Shown: piece by piece, positions 20,395-28,863 of the stretch
Position numbering within the stretch: position 1 is the first letter of the stretch
Layout of the letters: each line of letters starts with the position of its first letter
Source: Planctomycetota bacterium
GTDB lineage: Bacteria > Planctomycetota > UBA1135 > UBA2386
NCBI GenBank assembly: GCA_965228735.1
Contig: OZ245838.1
Span: 1,984,001-2,048,000 of the forward strand
Length of the DNA stretch: 64,000 bases
Direction: 5' to 3'
Program-made: the position numbers and the translations under genes
The notes under the pieces: generated by a model
The model's input: only the letters and a program-made list of their open reading frames with translations
The model's database searches: none
What the model was told of the DNA's origin: nothing

Positions 20395-20403
20395 TGGTAG
20401 TCT
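20395..20403 (+). promoter_or_regulatory. Extended -10 promoter, probably leaderless, for the symporter gene
   Basis: TGgTAGTCT lies 6 nt before ATG 20410, and there is no SD. Confidence 0.55.
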
Positions 20404-20409
20404 CGCGCC

Positions 20410-21858
20410 ATGACGCGTGAAACGGCGATCCTCGTCGCGATCGGGGCCTACCTGCTCGGCCTCGTGATCCTCGGCGTGATCGCGCACCGCCGGACCGACG
20501 ACTCCGCGGGCTTCTATCTCGGCGGCCGGTCGCTCGGCCCGTGGGTCGCTGCGCTCGCAGCCAACGCGAGTTCGTCGTCGGCGTGGAGCCTCGTGGGGGT
20601 CAGCGGCTTCGCCTACGTGCACGGCTTCGCGGCCGTGTGGCTGCTGCCGGGCGTGCTCGGGGGTTTCGCCGTCAACTGGCTCCTCGTGGCGCCGCGGCTG
20701 CGCGCCGACACCGGCAGCGCCGTGACCCTCACGGAGTATCTGGCGGGCCCGCCGGGCCGACCGGGCCGCGGCCTCGTCGTCGGGTTCGCCACCCTCCTGA
20801 CGCTCGCGTCGCTGCTGACCTACGTGGCCGCGCAGATGCAGGCGGCCGAGGGGGCGTTCCGCCACGCTTTCGGCACGTCGCCCACGACCGGCGTCGCCAT
20901 CGGGGCGGCGATCACCGTGCTCTACACGTTCGTCGGCGGCTATCTCGCCGTCAGCCTCACGGACACCATCCAGGGCGTCCTCATGGCCGGCGTCGCCGTG
21001 CTGCTGCCGGTGCTCGGGATCGCGCATTTCGGTGGCATCGGTGAACTCATGGCTGCGGTCGAGGCGGTCGAGACGACGGGTGTCGCGGGCGGCCAACCCG
21101 TCGCGGGCTACGCCTCGATCTTCGGCGAGCGAACCGCGATCGCCAGTGCCGGCTTCGCGCTCGCCCTGCTCGGGATCGGCCTCGGCTATCCGGGCCAGCC
21201 GCACGCGGTGAACAAGTTCATGGGCATGGCCCCGGATGCGTCGATGCGGGTGGCGCGGACGGTCGGCCTGAGCTGGGCCGTCATCCTCTACGTCGGCATG
21301 GTCCTCGTCGGCTGGACCGTCCGTGCGGCGTTCCCCGTCGCGGCCGGCGAGCACGAGAACGCGCTGTTCGTCGCCAGCTCGAGCCTGCTGCCGCCGATCG
21401 TCGACGGCCTGGTGATCGCCGCGGTCCTGGCGGCCGTGATGTCGACGGTCGACAGCCAGCTGCTCGTCTGCGCCAGCTGCGTGACGCACGACCTGCCGTT
21501 CTTCGGCGGCTCCCGCCGCGCGATGCTCGTCGCGGCGCGCGTGACGGTGCTCGCGATCGGAGTCGGCGCCCTGATCGCCGCGCTCACGATCGAGAAGGAC
21601 GTCTTCTCGAACGTGCTCTTCGCGTGGGCCGCGCTCGGGTCCGCATTCGGTCCGTTGCTACTCGTGCGCCTGGTGCTCGGCGACGTGCGACCGACCTGGG
21701 CGTTCTGCGCGATGGTCGTCGGCGGCGGCTACGCAATCGCGGCGAGCTACCTGCCGCCGATACTCGAGACGAAGGGCTTCGCCGACCGCGTGCTCTCCTG
21801 GCTCGCCGCGCTCGCGATCGCCGTCGGCGGCGCGCATCGCGCGCGACGCTCGCCGTAG
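20410..21858 (+). CDS. Sodium/proline symporter-like SSS family transporter
   Basis: Motifs FYLGGRSLGPWV, GGYLAVSLTDTIQG, GYPGQPH and AAVMSTVDSQLL; many TM helices. Confidence 0.9.
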   Translation: MTRETAILVAIGAYLLGLVILGVIAHRRTDDSAGFYLGGRSLGPWVAALAANASSSSAWSLVGVSGFAYVHGFAAVWLLPGVLGGFAVNWLLVAPRLRADTGSAVTLTEYLAGPPGRPGRGLVVGFATLLTLASLLTYVAAQMQAAEGAFRHAFGTSPTTGVAIGAAITVLYTFVGGYLAVSLTDTIQGVLMAGVAVLLPVLGIAHFGGIGELMAAVEAVETTGVAGGQPVAGYASIFGERTAIASAGFALALLGIGLGYPGQPHAVNKFMGMAPDASMRVARTVGLSWAVILYVGMVLVGWTVRAAFPVAAGEHENALFVASSSLLPPIVDGLVIAAVLAAVMSTVDSQLLVCASCVTHDLPFFGGSRRAMLVAARVTVLAIGVGALIAALTIEKDVFSNVLFAWAALGSAFGPLLLVRLVLGDVRPTWAFCAMVVGGGYAIAASYLPPILETKGFADRVLSWLAALAIAVGGAHRARRSP

Positions 21859-21970
21859 CGGTTCGCGGGGCGCCGCCGGGCGCGATAGGGGATTCCCCGC
21901 ATCCAGCCTCCGGCTCGGAACGCCCGATAGCACGGCGGCCAGCCATCAAGGCGCGGCTGAAGGAGGCGAA

Positions 21971-23077
21971 GTGACCGACACCCCCCACATCGTGATCGTC
22001 GTGCCGACCATCCGGCGCGACTGTATGCAGCAGTTCCTGGACGCCTGGGGGCCGGAGTTCCGGGCGCCCGAAGTCGAACTACTGATCGTCGAGGACAACC
22101 CCGAGCGCTCGTTCGAACTCGAGACGGACGCGCGCGTCACGCACTACTGCTGGCAGGACATCGAGGCCCAGCTCGGCGAGAGCGCGTGGATCGTGCCGCG
22201 CCGCACGGATTGCGTGCGCAGCTTCGGCTACTGGCAGGCCTGGCTGCGGCAACCCGACATGATCGTCACGCTCGACGATGACTGCCTGCCGCCCGAGGCC
22301 GGTCCCGAGAACTTCCTCATGCGGCACTGGCAGCGCCTGCAGGAGAACGGCGACCACGACGCGTGGACTTCGACGACGGAAGGCACGATCCCGCGCGGCG
22401 TGCCTTACCACGCGCGATCGCGCGAACAGCGCTGCGTGATCAACCACGGCCTCTGGACCAACGTCATCGACTACGACGCGGTGACGCAGCTCACGCAGGT
22501 GCGGCAACCGAGTCCGGTCGCGTTCCCCGACCAGACCATCCCGCGCGGCTCGTACTACCCGATGTGCGGCATGAACCTCGCGTGGCGGCCGGAGATCACG
22601 CCGGCGCTGTACTTCATGCTCATGGGCAAGGACCACGGCGTCGATCGCTTCGGCGACATCTGGGCCGGCCTGTTCAGCAAGCGCGTCTGCGACCACCTCG
22701 GACTCGCCGTGCACAGCGGCTCGCCGACCGTGCATCACGCGCGCGCCTCCAACGTCTGGGCCAACCTGCGCAAGGAGGCCACGGGCATGGAACGGAACGA
22801 GACGTTGTGGCGCCTCGTCGACGACACGGTGCTCACGAGCACGACCGTCGTCGGCTGCTACCGCGAGCTCGCGCAGGCGGTCCAGAACGAAGCGACGGCG
22901 AACGCCGCCCCCGACGACTACCTGCAGCAACTCGGCGCCGCGATGCAGCGCTGGTGCGAGCTGTTCGAAACCGTGCCGATCCCCACCCCCGACATCCCCG
23001 CACCCGCCGGCGAGCAGACGCGATTCCGATCCGACGCAGCGGCCAACCCCAAGACGCCACCGGTCCCCGTTCCATGA
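21971..23077 (+). CDS. Reversibly glycosylated polypeptide / UDP-arabinopyranose mutase-like protein (GT75)
   Basis: Motifs VPTIR, RSFGY, TLDDDC, RGVPY, HGLWTNVIDYDA, PMCGMNLAW, YFMLMG, RFGDIWAG, CDHLG and ASNVWANLRKE match plant RGP motifs. SD AAGGAGG. Confidence 0.85.
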   Translation: MTDTPHIVIVVPTIRRDCMQQFLDAWGPEFRAPEVELLIVEDNPERSFELETDARVTHYCWQDIEAQLGESAWIVPRRTDCVRSFGYWQAWLRQPDMIVTLDDDCLPPEAGPENFLMRHWQRLQENGDHDAWTSTTEGTIPRGVPYHARSREQRCVINHGLWTNVIDYDAVTQLTQVRQPSPVAFPDQTIPRGSYYPMCGMNLAWRPEITPALYFMLMGKDHGVDRFGDIWAGLFSKRVCDHLGLAVHSGSPTVHHARASNVWANLRKEATGMERNETLWRLVDDTVLTSTTVVGCYRELAQAVQNEATANAAPDDYLQQLGAAMQRWCELFETVPIPTPDIPAPAGEQTRFRSDAAANPKTPPVPVP

Positions 23078-26000
23078 ACCGCCCACCCGTCACCGTCGTC
23101 GTTCCGGTCTTCAACCATGGCGCGACGATCGGCCCACTGCTCGACGCGCTCGATCGGACGAACTGGCCCGACCTCGACATCGTCGCGATCGACTGCGGCT
23201 CGACCGACGGCAGCCTGCAGCTGCTCCGGAACCGCACTGCTGGTGCCGGCACGAGCAACTCGAGGCCGCTGCGGTTGATCGAAGACCCCACCGCCGGTCG
23301 CGCGACGGCGCTCAACCGCGGCTTCGAGGCCGCGGGCCGACGCGACGTCGTGCGGATGCACGGCGACGTCGTGCCGGACAGCCCGGACTGGCTCGAACGC
23401 CTCCACGACGTGGCCGAACGGGAAGCCGACTGCGGCGTCGTCGGCGCGAAGATCGCGCTCGCCGGCGGCCGCATCCAGTCGTGCGGTCGTGACATCGTGA
23501 ACGGCCTCGGCATCGTGCCCGAATGGAGCGATCGCCGCTGGATGGAGGACGATCGCGACGAGGAGCCGCGGGCGGAAGAGGTCGACAGCGTCACGGGCGA
23601 GCTCTGTTTCGTTCGGCGCGCCGTCCTCGACAGCACGGGCGGCGTCGACCCCAACTACGACCCGGTCTTCGGCGACGACGACGACTTCTGCCTGCTCGCG
23701 CGCTACCACGGCTTCCGCGTGTTCGTGGAACGCGGCGCCCGCGGCGTGCACTTCGCCCCCCGCCGCACGACCATGACGGGCGGCACGGTCGAGCCCACGG
23801 GCCAGCTCGACCGACTGCTCGAGCTCAGGAACCAGCTGCAGGGTTCGTGGCTCGACTACTTCCGCCGCAAGTGGGGCTTCGATCCGAGCGGTCCGGACCT
23901 TGCGGAAGTGCGACGGCGCTACGGCCACACGCGGATCTGCTGGCGCATCGGTGACGGGCTCACCGAGGAACTTCCCGAACAGCCGGCCGTCGACGTGTGC
24001 TTCCCGACTTGGAACAGCATGAAGTTCCTGCCGCGCGCGATGGCCCACCTCGCCGCGACGAGCTGGTCCGACATGACGATCTGGATCACGGACAACGGCA
24101 GCACGGACGGCACCCTCGAGTACCTCGAGTCCCTGCAGGCAACGTTCCCGTTCAAGCTCCACGTCGAGAAGCTGCGCCAGAACGTCGGGTGCGCGCAGGC
24201 GCTCAACCTCGCGTTCGCGTCCGGCACCGCGCCGATCGTCGCGCGCCTCGACGACGACACGATGGTCGCGCCGGACTGGCTCGAAAGGCTCGTGCCGCGA
24301 TTCCACCAACGCCCGTACGCGGGCGTGATCGGGCCCAAGGTGCTGGCGGACTGCGATGATCCCGTGCTGCAGAGCGGCCCGTCGCGGCAGTGGCCGTTCG
24401 GCCTGCCGGTGGCGACCCGCGAGCACGACCGGGTCAACGGCCTCGCGCGCGTCGCGACGTTGCGCGGCTGCTGCAATCTCTACCGCCGGTCGGTGTTCGC
24501 CGAGGTCGGCATGCTCGACCCACGGTTCTCCCCGAGCCAGTTCGACGAGTGGGACCACCACATCGCGGTGGCGGTGCGCGGCTACGAAGTGCTCTACGAC
24601 GGCAGTACGACGGTGCGCCACGCGATCACCGCCGGCCGCGTCGCCACGCCCTCGGCGCTGTCCAACTTCACGGCCAACCTCCAGAAGTCGAACGGCAAAT
24701 GGGGCCAGACCCACTTCGCGCGGCTGGAGCGCGGCATCGACATCTCGATCGAGGGCCGCTTCCTGCCCGCCGACGGCGACACGAGCGCGTTGTTCGAACG
24801 GTTGCCGCCCGCTCCGACGACCGCCCCGAGGCCGACCGAACGCCCGGCCGAGGACATCGCGGAGTGGCGCGCGGTGGCCCGGCGCCGCAGCCTGCTGCGC
24901 AGCGAGTCCGGCCCCCTCGCGCCGTTCTTCGGCAACCTCGTCACGATCGGTCAGCGGAGCCTCGACCGCGATCGCCCGACCGAGGCCGCGCAGGTCGTGC
25001 GCCGGATCATGGATCTCGGCAACGGCACGGCCGCGGGCCTCGCGTTCCTCGCGCGGTTCCGCGCGTTCGACGGCGACCTGGACGCCGCCGCGCTCTCGAG
25101 TCGCTGGTGTCGCCTGCTCGACCCGACGGCGGTGATCGACATCCCGGCACCCGTCGTCCTCGTGCCCCAGCGGCCGCCGGTGCCCGCGGGCAGCCCGCGC
25201 GTGCTCGCGCTGCCGCCCGCGGATCACGACGACGATGCGGTGATGCTCGCCTTCGAGCATGCGACCGCAGCGCTGCGCGCGGCCGGCGCCGCCGTGCACA
25301 TCGAGGACTCGATGATGCCCGACGCCGCCGGCTTCGACGTCGTCCACGCGTTCGGACTGGGGCAGGCCTCGACCCTCGGCAGTCGCCTACAGTGCGCGCG
25401 CGCCACGAACCCGAGCGTTCACATCGTGCTGTCGAGCCTGTATCCCGACCCGAGCCGCGCCAACTGGACGGGCCAGGTGCTCGGCAGCTACTTCCGGTCG
25501 TCGGACGACGAGCTCCGCAACGTGTGCGCCGCGGCGGCCAAGGGCGCGCTGCAGCTCGAGGGCTCGACGACCCGGGCGTTCGAAGCAGAGCCGTTCGACG
25601 GCGTGCTCGACTACGAACGGGTCGCGCTCGCGCAGGTCGACCGCCTCATCGTTCATTCCGAGGCCGAGGCGCACTGGCTGGCCAGCCGCCACGAACAGGC
25701 CGCGAGCCCGGAGATCGTGCCGGAGGGTTCGGCCGTGCCAGCGCCGACGACCCCCGTCGACGACGCGGCGGCAACCGTCGTGCGAGCGATCCCTGCCGGG
25801 GCGGTGCTGCACGTCGGCCAGCGTGATCTGCCGGGCCATCACCTGCTGCTGGCACTCGCGCTGCAGGGCAGCGGCCTGCCGCTGGCGATGTGCGGCTCGG
25901 CAGCTCTGCCGTTCGACGATCCGCGCACTCGGGCGCGCGGCGACGCCGACCTGCAACTGCTGCCCGAAGTCACCGGCCCCGCACTGTTCGCCGCGCTCCA

Positions 26001-26325
26001 GCGCAGCGCCGTGCTCGTCTGGCTGCCGAGCGCCGCGCCTTCGTTCGTGCTGCCGCTGCTCGCAGCGCAGGCCGGCTGCGAGCTCGTGCTCGCGCAGGAC
26101 GTCGGCGCCGAGGCCGTGTTCGGGGACAGCGCGCGCTATGTCGATCCATTCGATCTCGACGGGGTCCGCGCCGCCGTGACCGACGCCTCGAAGGCGTGGC
26201 GCGCCGATACCACCGAAGGGTGGCGCGCGGCGCTCGCGGAGATCCACGGCGCCCGCGCCTATGGCGAACGGCTGCTCGCGGCCTACCGGAGCGCGGACGT
26301 GCCCCTCGCAGTGGCGGCGCCATGA
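23074..26325 (+). CDS. Multidomain glycosyltransferase (GT2-GT2, helical linker, degenerate GT-B/GT4-like domain)
   Basis: Two GT2 N-termini (VVVPVFN...DCGSTDG and FPTWN...DNGSTDGT...LDDD). C-terminal DVVHAF...SFVLPLLAAQAGC...YVDPFD. Confidence 0.85.
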   Translation: MNRPPVTVVVPVFNHGATIGPLLDALDRTNWPDLDIVAIDCGSTDGSLQLLRNRTAGAGTSNSRPLRLIEDPTAGRATALNRGFEAAGRRDVVRMHGDVVPDSPDWLERLHDVAEREADCGVVGAKIALAGGRIQSCGRDIVNGLGIVPEWSDRRWMEDDRDEEPRAEEVDSVTGELCFVRRAVLDSTGGVDPNYDPVFGDDDDFCLLARYHGFRVFVERGARGVHFAPRRTTMTGGTVEPTGQLDRLLELRNQLQGSWLDYFRRKWGFDPSGPDLAEVRRRYGHTRICWRIGDGLTEELPEQPAVDVCFPTWNSMKFLPRAMAHLAATSWSDMTIWITDNGSTDGTLEYLESLQATFPFKLHVEKLRQNVGCAQALNLAFASGTAPIVARLDDDTMVAPDWLERLVPRFHQRPYAGVIGPKVLADCDDPVLQSGPSRQWPFGLPVATREHDRVNGLARVATLRGCCNLYRRSVFAEVGMLDPRFSPSQFDEWDHHIAVAVRGYEVLYDGSTTVRHAITAGRVATPSALSNFTANLQKSNGKWGQTHFARLERGIDISIEGRFLPADGDTSALFERLPPAPTTAPRPTERPAEDIAEWRAVARRRSLLRSESGPLAPFFGNLVTIGQRSLDRDRPTEAAQVVRRIMDLGNGTAAGLAFLARFRAFDGDLDAAALSSRWCRLLDPTAVIDIPAPVVLVPQRPPVPAGSPRVLALPPADHDDDAVMLAFEHATAALRAAGAAVHIEDSMMPDAAGFDVVHAFGLGQASTLGSRLQCARATNPSVHIVLSSLYPDPSRANWTGQVLGSYFRSSDDELRNVCAAAAKGALQLEGSTTRAFEAEPFDGVLDYERVALAQVDRLIVHSEAEAHWLASRHEQAASPEIVPEGSAVPAPTTPVDDAAATVVRAIPAGAVLHVGQRDLPGHHLLLALALQGSGLPLAMCGSAALPFDDPRTRARGDADLQLLPEVTGPALFAALQRSAVLVWLPSAAPSFVLPLLAAQAGCELVLAQDVGAEAVFGDSARYVDPFDLDGVRAAVTDASKAWRADTTEGWRAALAEIHGARAYGERLLAAYRSADVPLAVAAP

Positions 26326-26345
26326 GGTAGCGTTCTCATGGACCC

Positions 26346-27497
26346 ATGCGCGACTCGTACCTCGTCTTCGGCCAGCCGCTCATCGAGCAGTCCGAGATCG
26401 ACGAGGTAGTCGACAGCCTGCGCAGTTCGTGGCTCGGCACGGGCCCGAAGGTCGCCGAGTTCGAGCGGCGCGTCGCGGCCTACAAGCTCGTCGAGAACGC
26501 CGTCGCGGTCAACTCGTGCACCGCGGGGCTGCACCTCGCGTGCCTCGTCCTCGGCCTGAAGCCCGGCGACGAGGTGATCACGACACCGCTGACCTTCTGC
26601 GCCTCGGTCAACGCGATCGTCCACGCCGGCGCCGTGCCGGTGCTCGCCGACGTGGATCCCGTCACGATGAACCTCGACCCCGAGGACGTCAGGCGGCGGA
26701 TCACGCAACGAACGCGCGGGATTCTGCCCGTCCACTTCGCGGGGCGCGCCTGTGACATGGACGCGCTCATGGCGATCGCCCGCGAGCACGACCTCGTGGT
26801 CATCGAGGACTGTGCCCACGCGATCGAGACGACCTATCGCGGGCGGCCGGCCGGCACGCTCGGCGATCTGGGTGTGTTGAGCTTCTACTCGACGAAGAAC
26901 GTCGTCACGGGCGAGGGTGGCATGGTGCTCACGCGCGACGCCGCGCTGGCCCGCCGCGTCAAGGTCGCGGCGCTGCACGGCATGTCGGCCGACGCGTGGA
27001 AGCGCTTCTCCGACGACGGCTACGTGCACTACGACGTCGAAGAGATCGGCTTCAAGTACAACATGATGGACCTGCAGGCCGCGATCGGCATGCACCAGAT
27101 CCAGCGGGTCGAGGCGTGGTGGCAACGGCGCCAGGCGATCTGGCAGCGCTATCTCGCGGAACTGGCCGACCTGCCGCTCACGCTGCCCGCACCCTGGCCG
27201 GACACCGACCGGCATGCCCTGCACCTGTTCACCGTGCTCGTCGACGCTGCTGTGGCTGGCATCGACCGCGACGAGTTCCTCGTCCGGCTGCACCGCCAGA
27301 ACATCGGCACGGGCGTGCACTATCGGGCGATCCCGAGCCTGAAGGTCTATCGCGAGCGCTTCGGATTCCGCCCAGCGGAATACCCGAACGCCCAGGGGAT
27401 CGGCGAACGCACGGTCTCGCTGCCGTTGTCTCCGAAGCTCACCGACGCCGACGTCGGCGACGTGATCGCGGCAGTGCGCAGCGCGCTGCCCTCCTGA
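26346..27497 (+). CDS. DegT/DnrJ/EryC1/StrS PLP-dependent nucleotide-sugar aminotransferase
   Basis: Motifs AVNSCTAGLHLA, PVHFAG, IEDCAHA, SFYSTKNVVTGEGGM and GFKYNM. Confidence 0.94.
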   Translation: MRDSYLVFGQPLIEQSEIDEVVDSLRSSWLGTGPKVAEFERRVAAYKLVENAVAVNSCTAGLHLACLVLGLKPGDEVITTPLTFCASVNAIVHAGAVPVLADVDPVTMNLDPEDVRRRITQRTRGILPVHFAGRACDMDALMAIAREHDLVVIEDCAHAIETTYRGRPAGTLGDLGVLSFYSTKNVVTGEGGMVLTRDAALARRVKVAALHGMSADAWKRFSDDGYVHYDVEEIGFKYNMMDLQAAIGMHQIQRVEAWWQRRQAIWQRYLAELADLPLTLPAPWPDTDRHALHLFTVLVDAAVAGIDRDEFLVRLHRQNIGTGVHYRAIPSLKVYRERFGFRPAEYPNAQGIGERTVSLPLSPKLTDADVGDVIAAVRSALPS

Positions 27498-27504
27498 CGG
27501 CGAC

Positions 27505-28800
27505 TCAACGCGCCGGCAGCCAGCGCAGCTCGGGATCGTCGAGCGCCGCCTCGGGCACCGGATCGCGCCGCCCGGCGAACCGGCCCGCGACCCGGCAGAA
27601 GCGCACCTCACCGGTCTCGTCGACGGCGAACACGAACTGCGGCACCGTTGGTTCACCGGCGTGCAGGGGCCACGCGTACGCTCGGTAGCGTTGCTCGCGA
27701 ACGTCGGCGATCTCGCCCAGATGCACTTCGAACAGGTAGTCCTGAAACAGGTACACCCCACCGACGAGCGCGCGGCACCGCCCCATCTCGGCCTTCGGCA
27801 CGACGTCGCTCGGCAACCCGAACTCACCCCGACCATCACCATCCTGATCGATGGCGACCCGATCACGCGCCGCGAGCTGATGATCGGCGAAGCGCCGCAA
27901 CGCCTCGGCCACCCATTCGAGCCGCGCGATCTCGCGATCGGCGCGGAACGGTCCGTCCCGCACGACGACCACGAGCTCCCCACGACTCATGCGGACGTCG
28001 CCGGGCAGGAGCAGGGCGATCTGGTTGCCGCGGCGAACCCGCACGGCGAGCCCTTGCGCCGGCACTCCGACGCCCTCCCCCACACCGAGACCGGGCGCTT
28101 CCTCGCGGACGGTAACGGTGCCCGCGATCGCGCCATCGCCCGCCACCGGCGTCCACCCCGGACTCCAGCGAAAGCGCGGCACGCCGACCTCGACCCGCAA
28201 ACCCGCGACCGGTCGGGCGTCGGTTCGCAGCACGCGCACGCGCAGCTTCTGGCCGACGTCGCCCTCGAGCCGTTCGATCCGGCGCCATTCCGTGCCGTCG
28301 AGCGCCGTACCGCTCTGCAGGATCATGTTGTTGAGATGCTCGTCGATGCCCGCCGCAACGACGCTGCGCATCGTCGGCTCCCAGTCCGCTGCCCGGCCTG
28401 CCGGAGGCTCACCGACGAAGACGTGACCGAGGCTGTTGCCCATCAGCAAGCGCCGCACGCGACCGTCGTCGCGGCCGGGAAAGAGAACGGCGAGCGACGT
28501 GTACTGCGAGTGAAAGCCATGCGTGCGCGCCATCCCCGGCGTGCCGGCCTCGTCGTAGCCGAAGAAGCGCGCGTCGTAGCCCCGCGGGGAGACCTCGCTC
28601 ACGGGCACGACCCGGGTCAGGCCGGCCTGCCAATCGCGCAGCGCCCGGAATGCCTCGACCTCGGTGGCCGCGAGTGCGGGGCTCTGCCCGCGCACGCCCG
28701 CCGTGACGGCGACCATCGTGGCCAGGCCGAGGAGACGGGAACCGACGCCCCGCCGCGCGTAGTCGGCAGCCTGGACGTCCGCTTCGGTTCGGGCGGGCAT
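27505..28800 (-). CDS. Hypothetical secreted protein with a pilin-head-like C-terminal domain
   Basis: SD GGGAGG and a hydrophobic N-terminal segment; C-terminal IDQDGDGRGEFG...YLF...AYAWP...FAVDETGEV. Confidence 0.55.
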   Translation of the reverse strand: MPARTEADVQAADYARRGVGSRLLGLATMVAVTAGVRGQSPALAATEVEAFRALRDWQAGLTRVVPVSEVSPRGYDARFFGYDEAGTPGMARTHGFHSQYTSLAVLFPGRDDGRVRRLLMGNSLGHVFVGEPPAGRAADWEPTMRSVVAAGIDEHLNNMILQSGTALDGTEWRRIERLEGDVGQKLRVRVLRTDARPVAGLRVEVGVPRFRWSPGWTPVAGDGAIAGTVTVREEAPGLGVGEGVGVPAQGLAVRVRRGNQIALLLPGDVRMSRGELVVVVRDGPFRADREIARLEWVAEALRRFADHQLAARDRVAIDQDGDGRGEFGLPSDVVPKAEMGRCRALVGGVYLFQDYLFEVHLGEIADVREQRYRAYAWPLHAGEPTVPQFVFAVDETGEVRFCRVAGRFAGRRDPVPEAALDDPELRWLPAR

Positions 28801-28863
28801 TGCCTCCCGACAACGGCCGCGGCCCGCGCCGAACTCCCGGCGAACCGGGCTACGGCACGGGCC

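Noticed and set aside
21902..21930. Possible sigma28 (FliA) promoter (TCCAG...CCCGATAG) before the glycosylation cluster
   Set aside because: The -10 resembles GCCGATAA, but the -35 match and spacing are poor.
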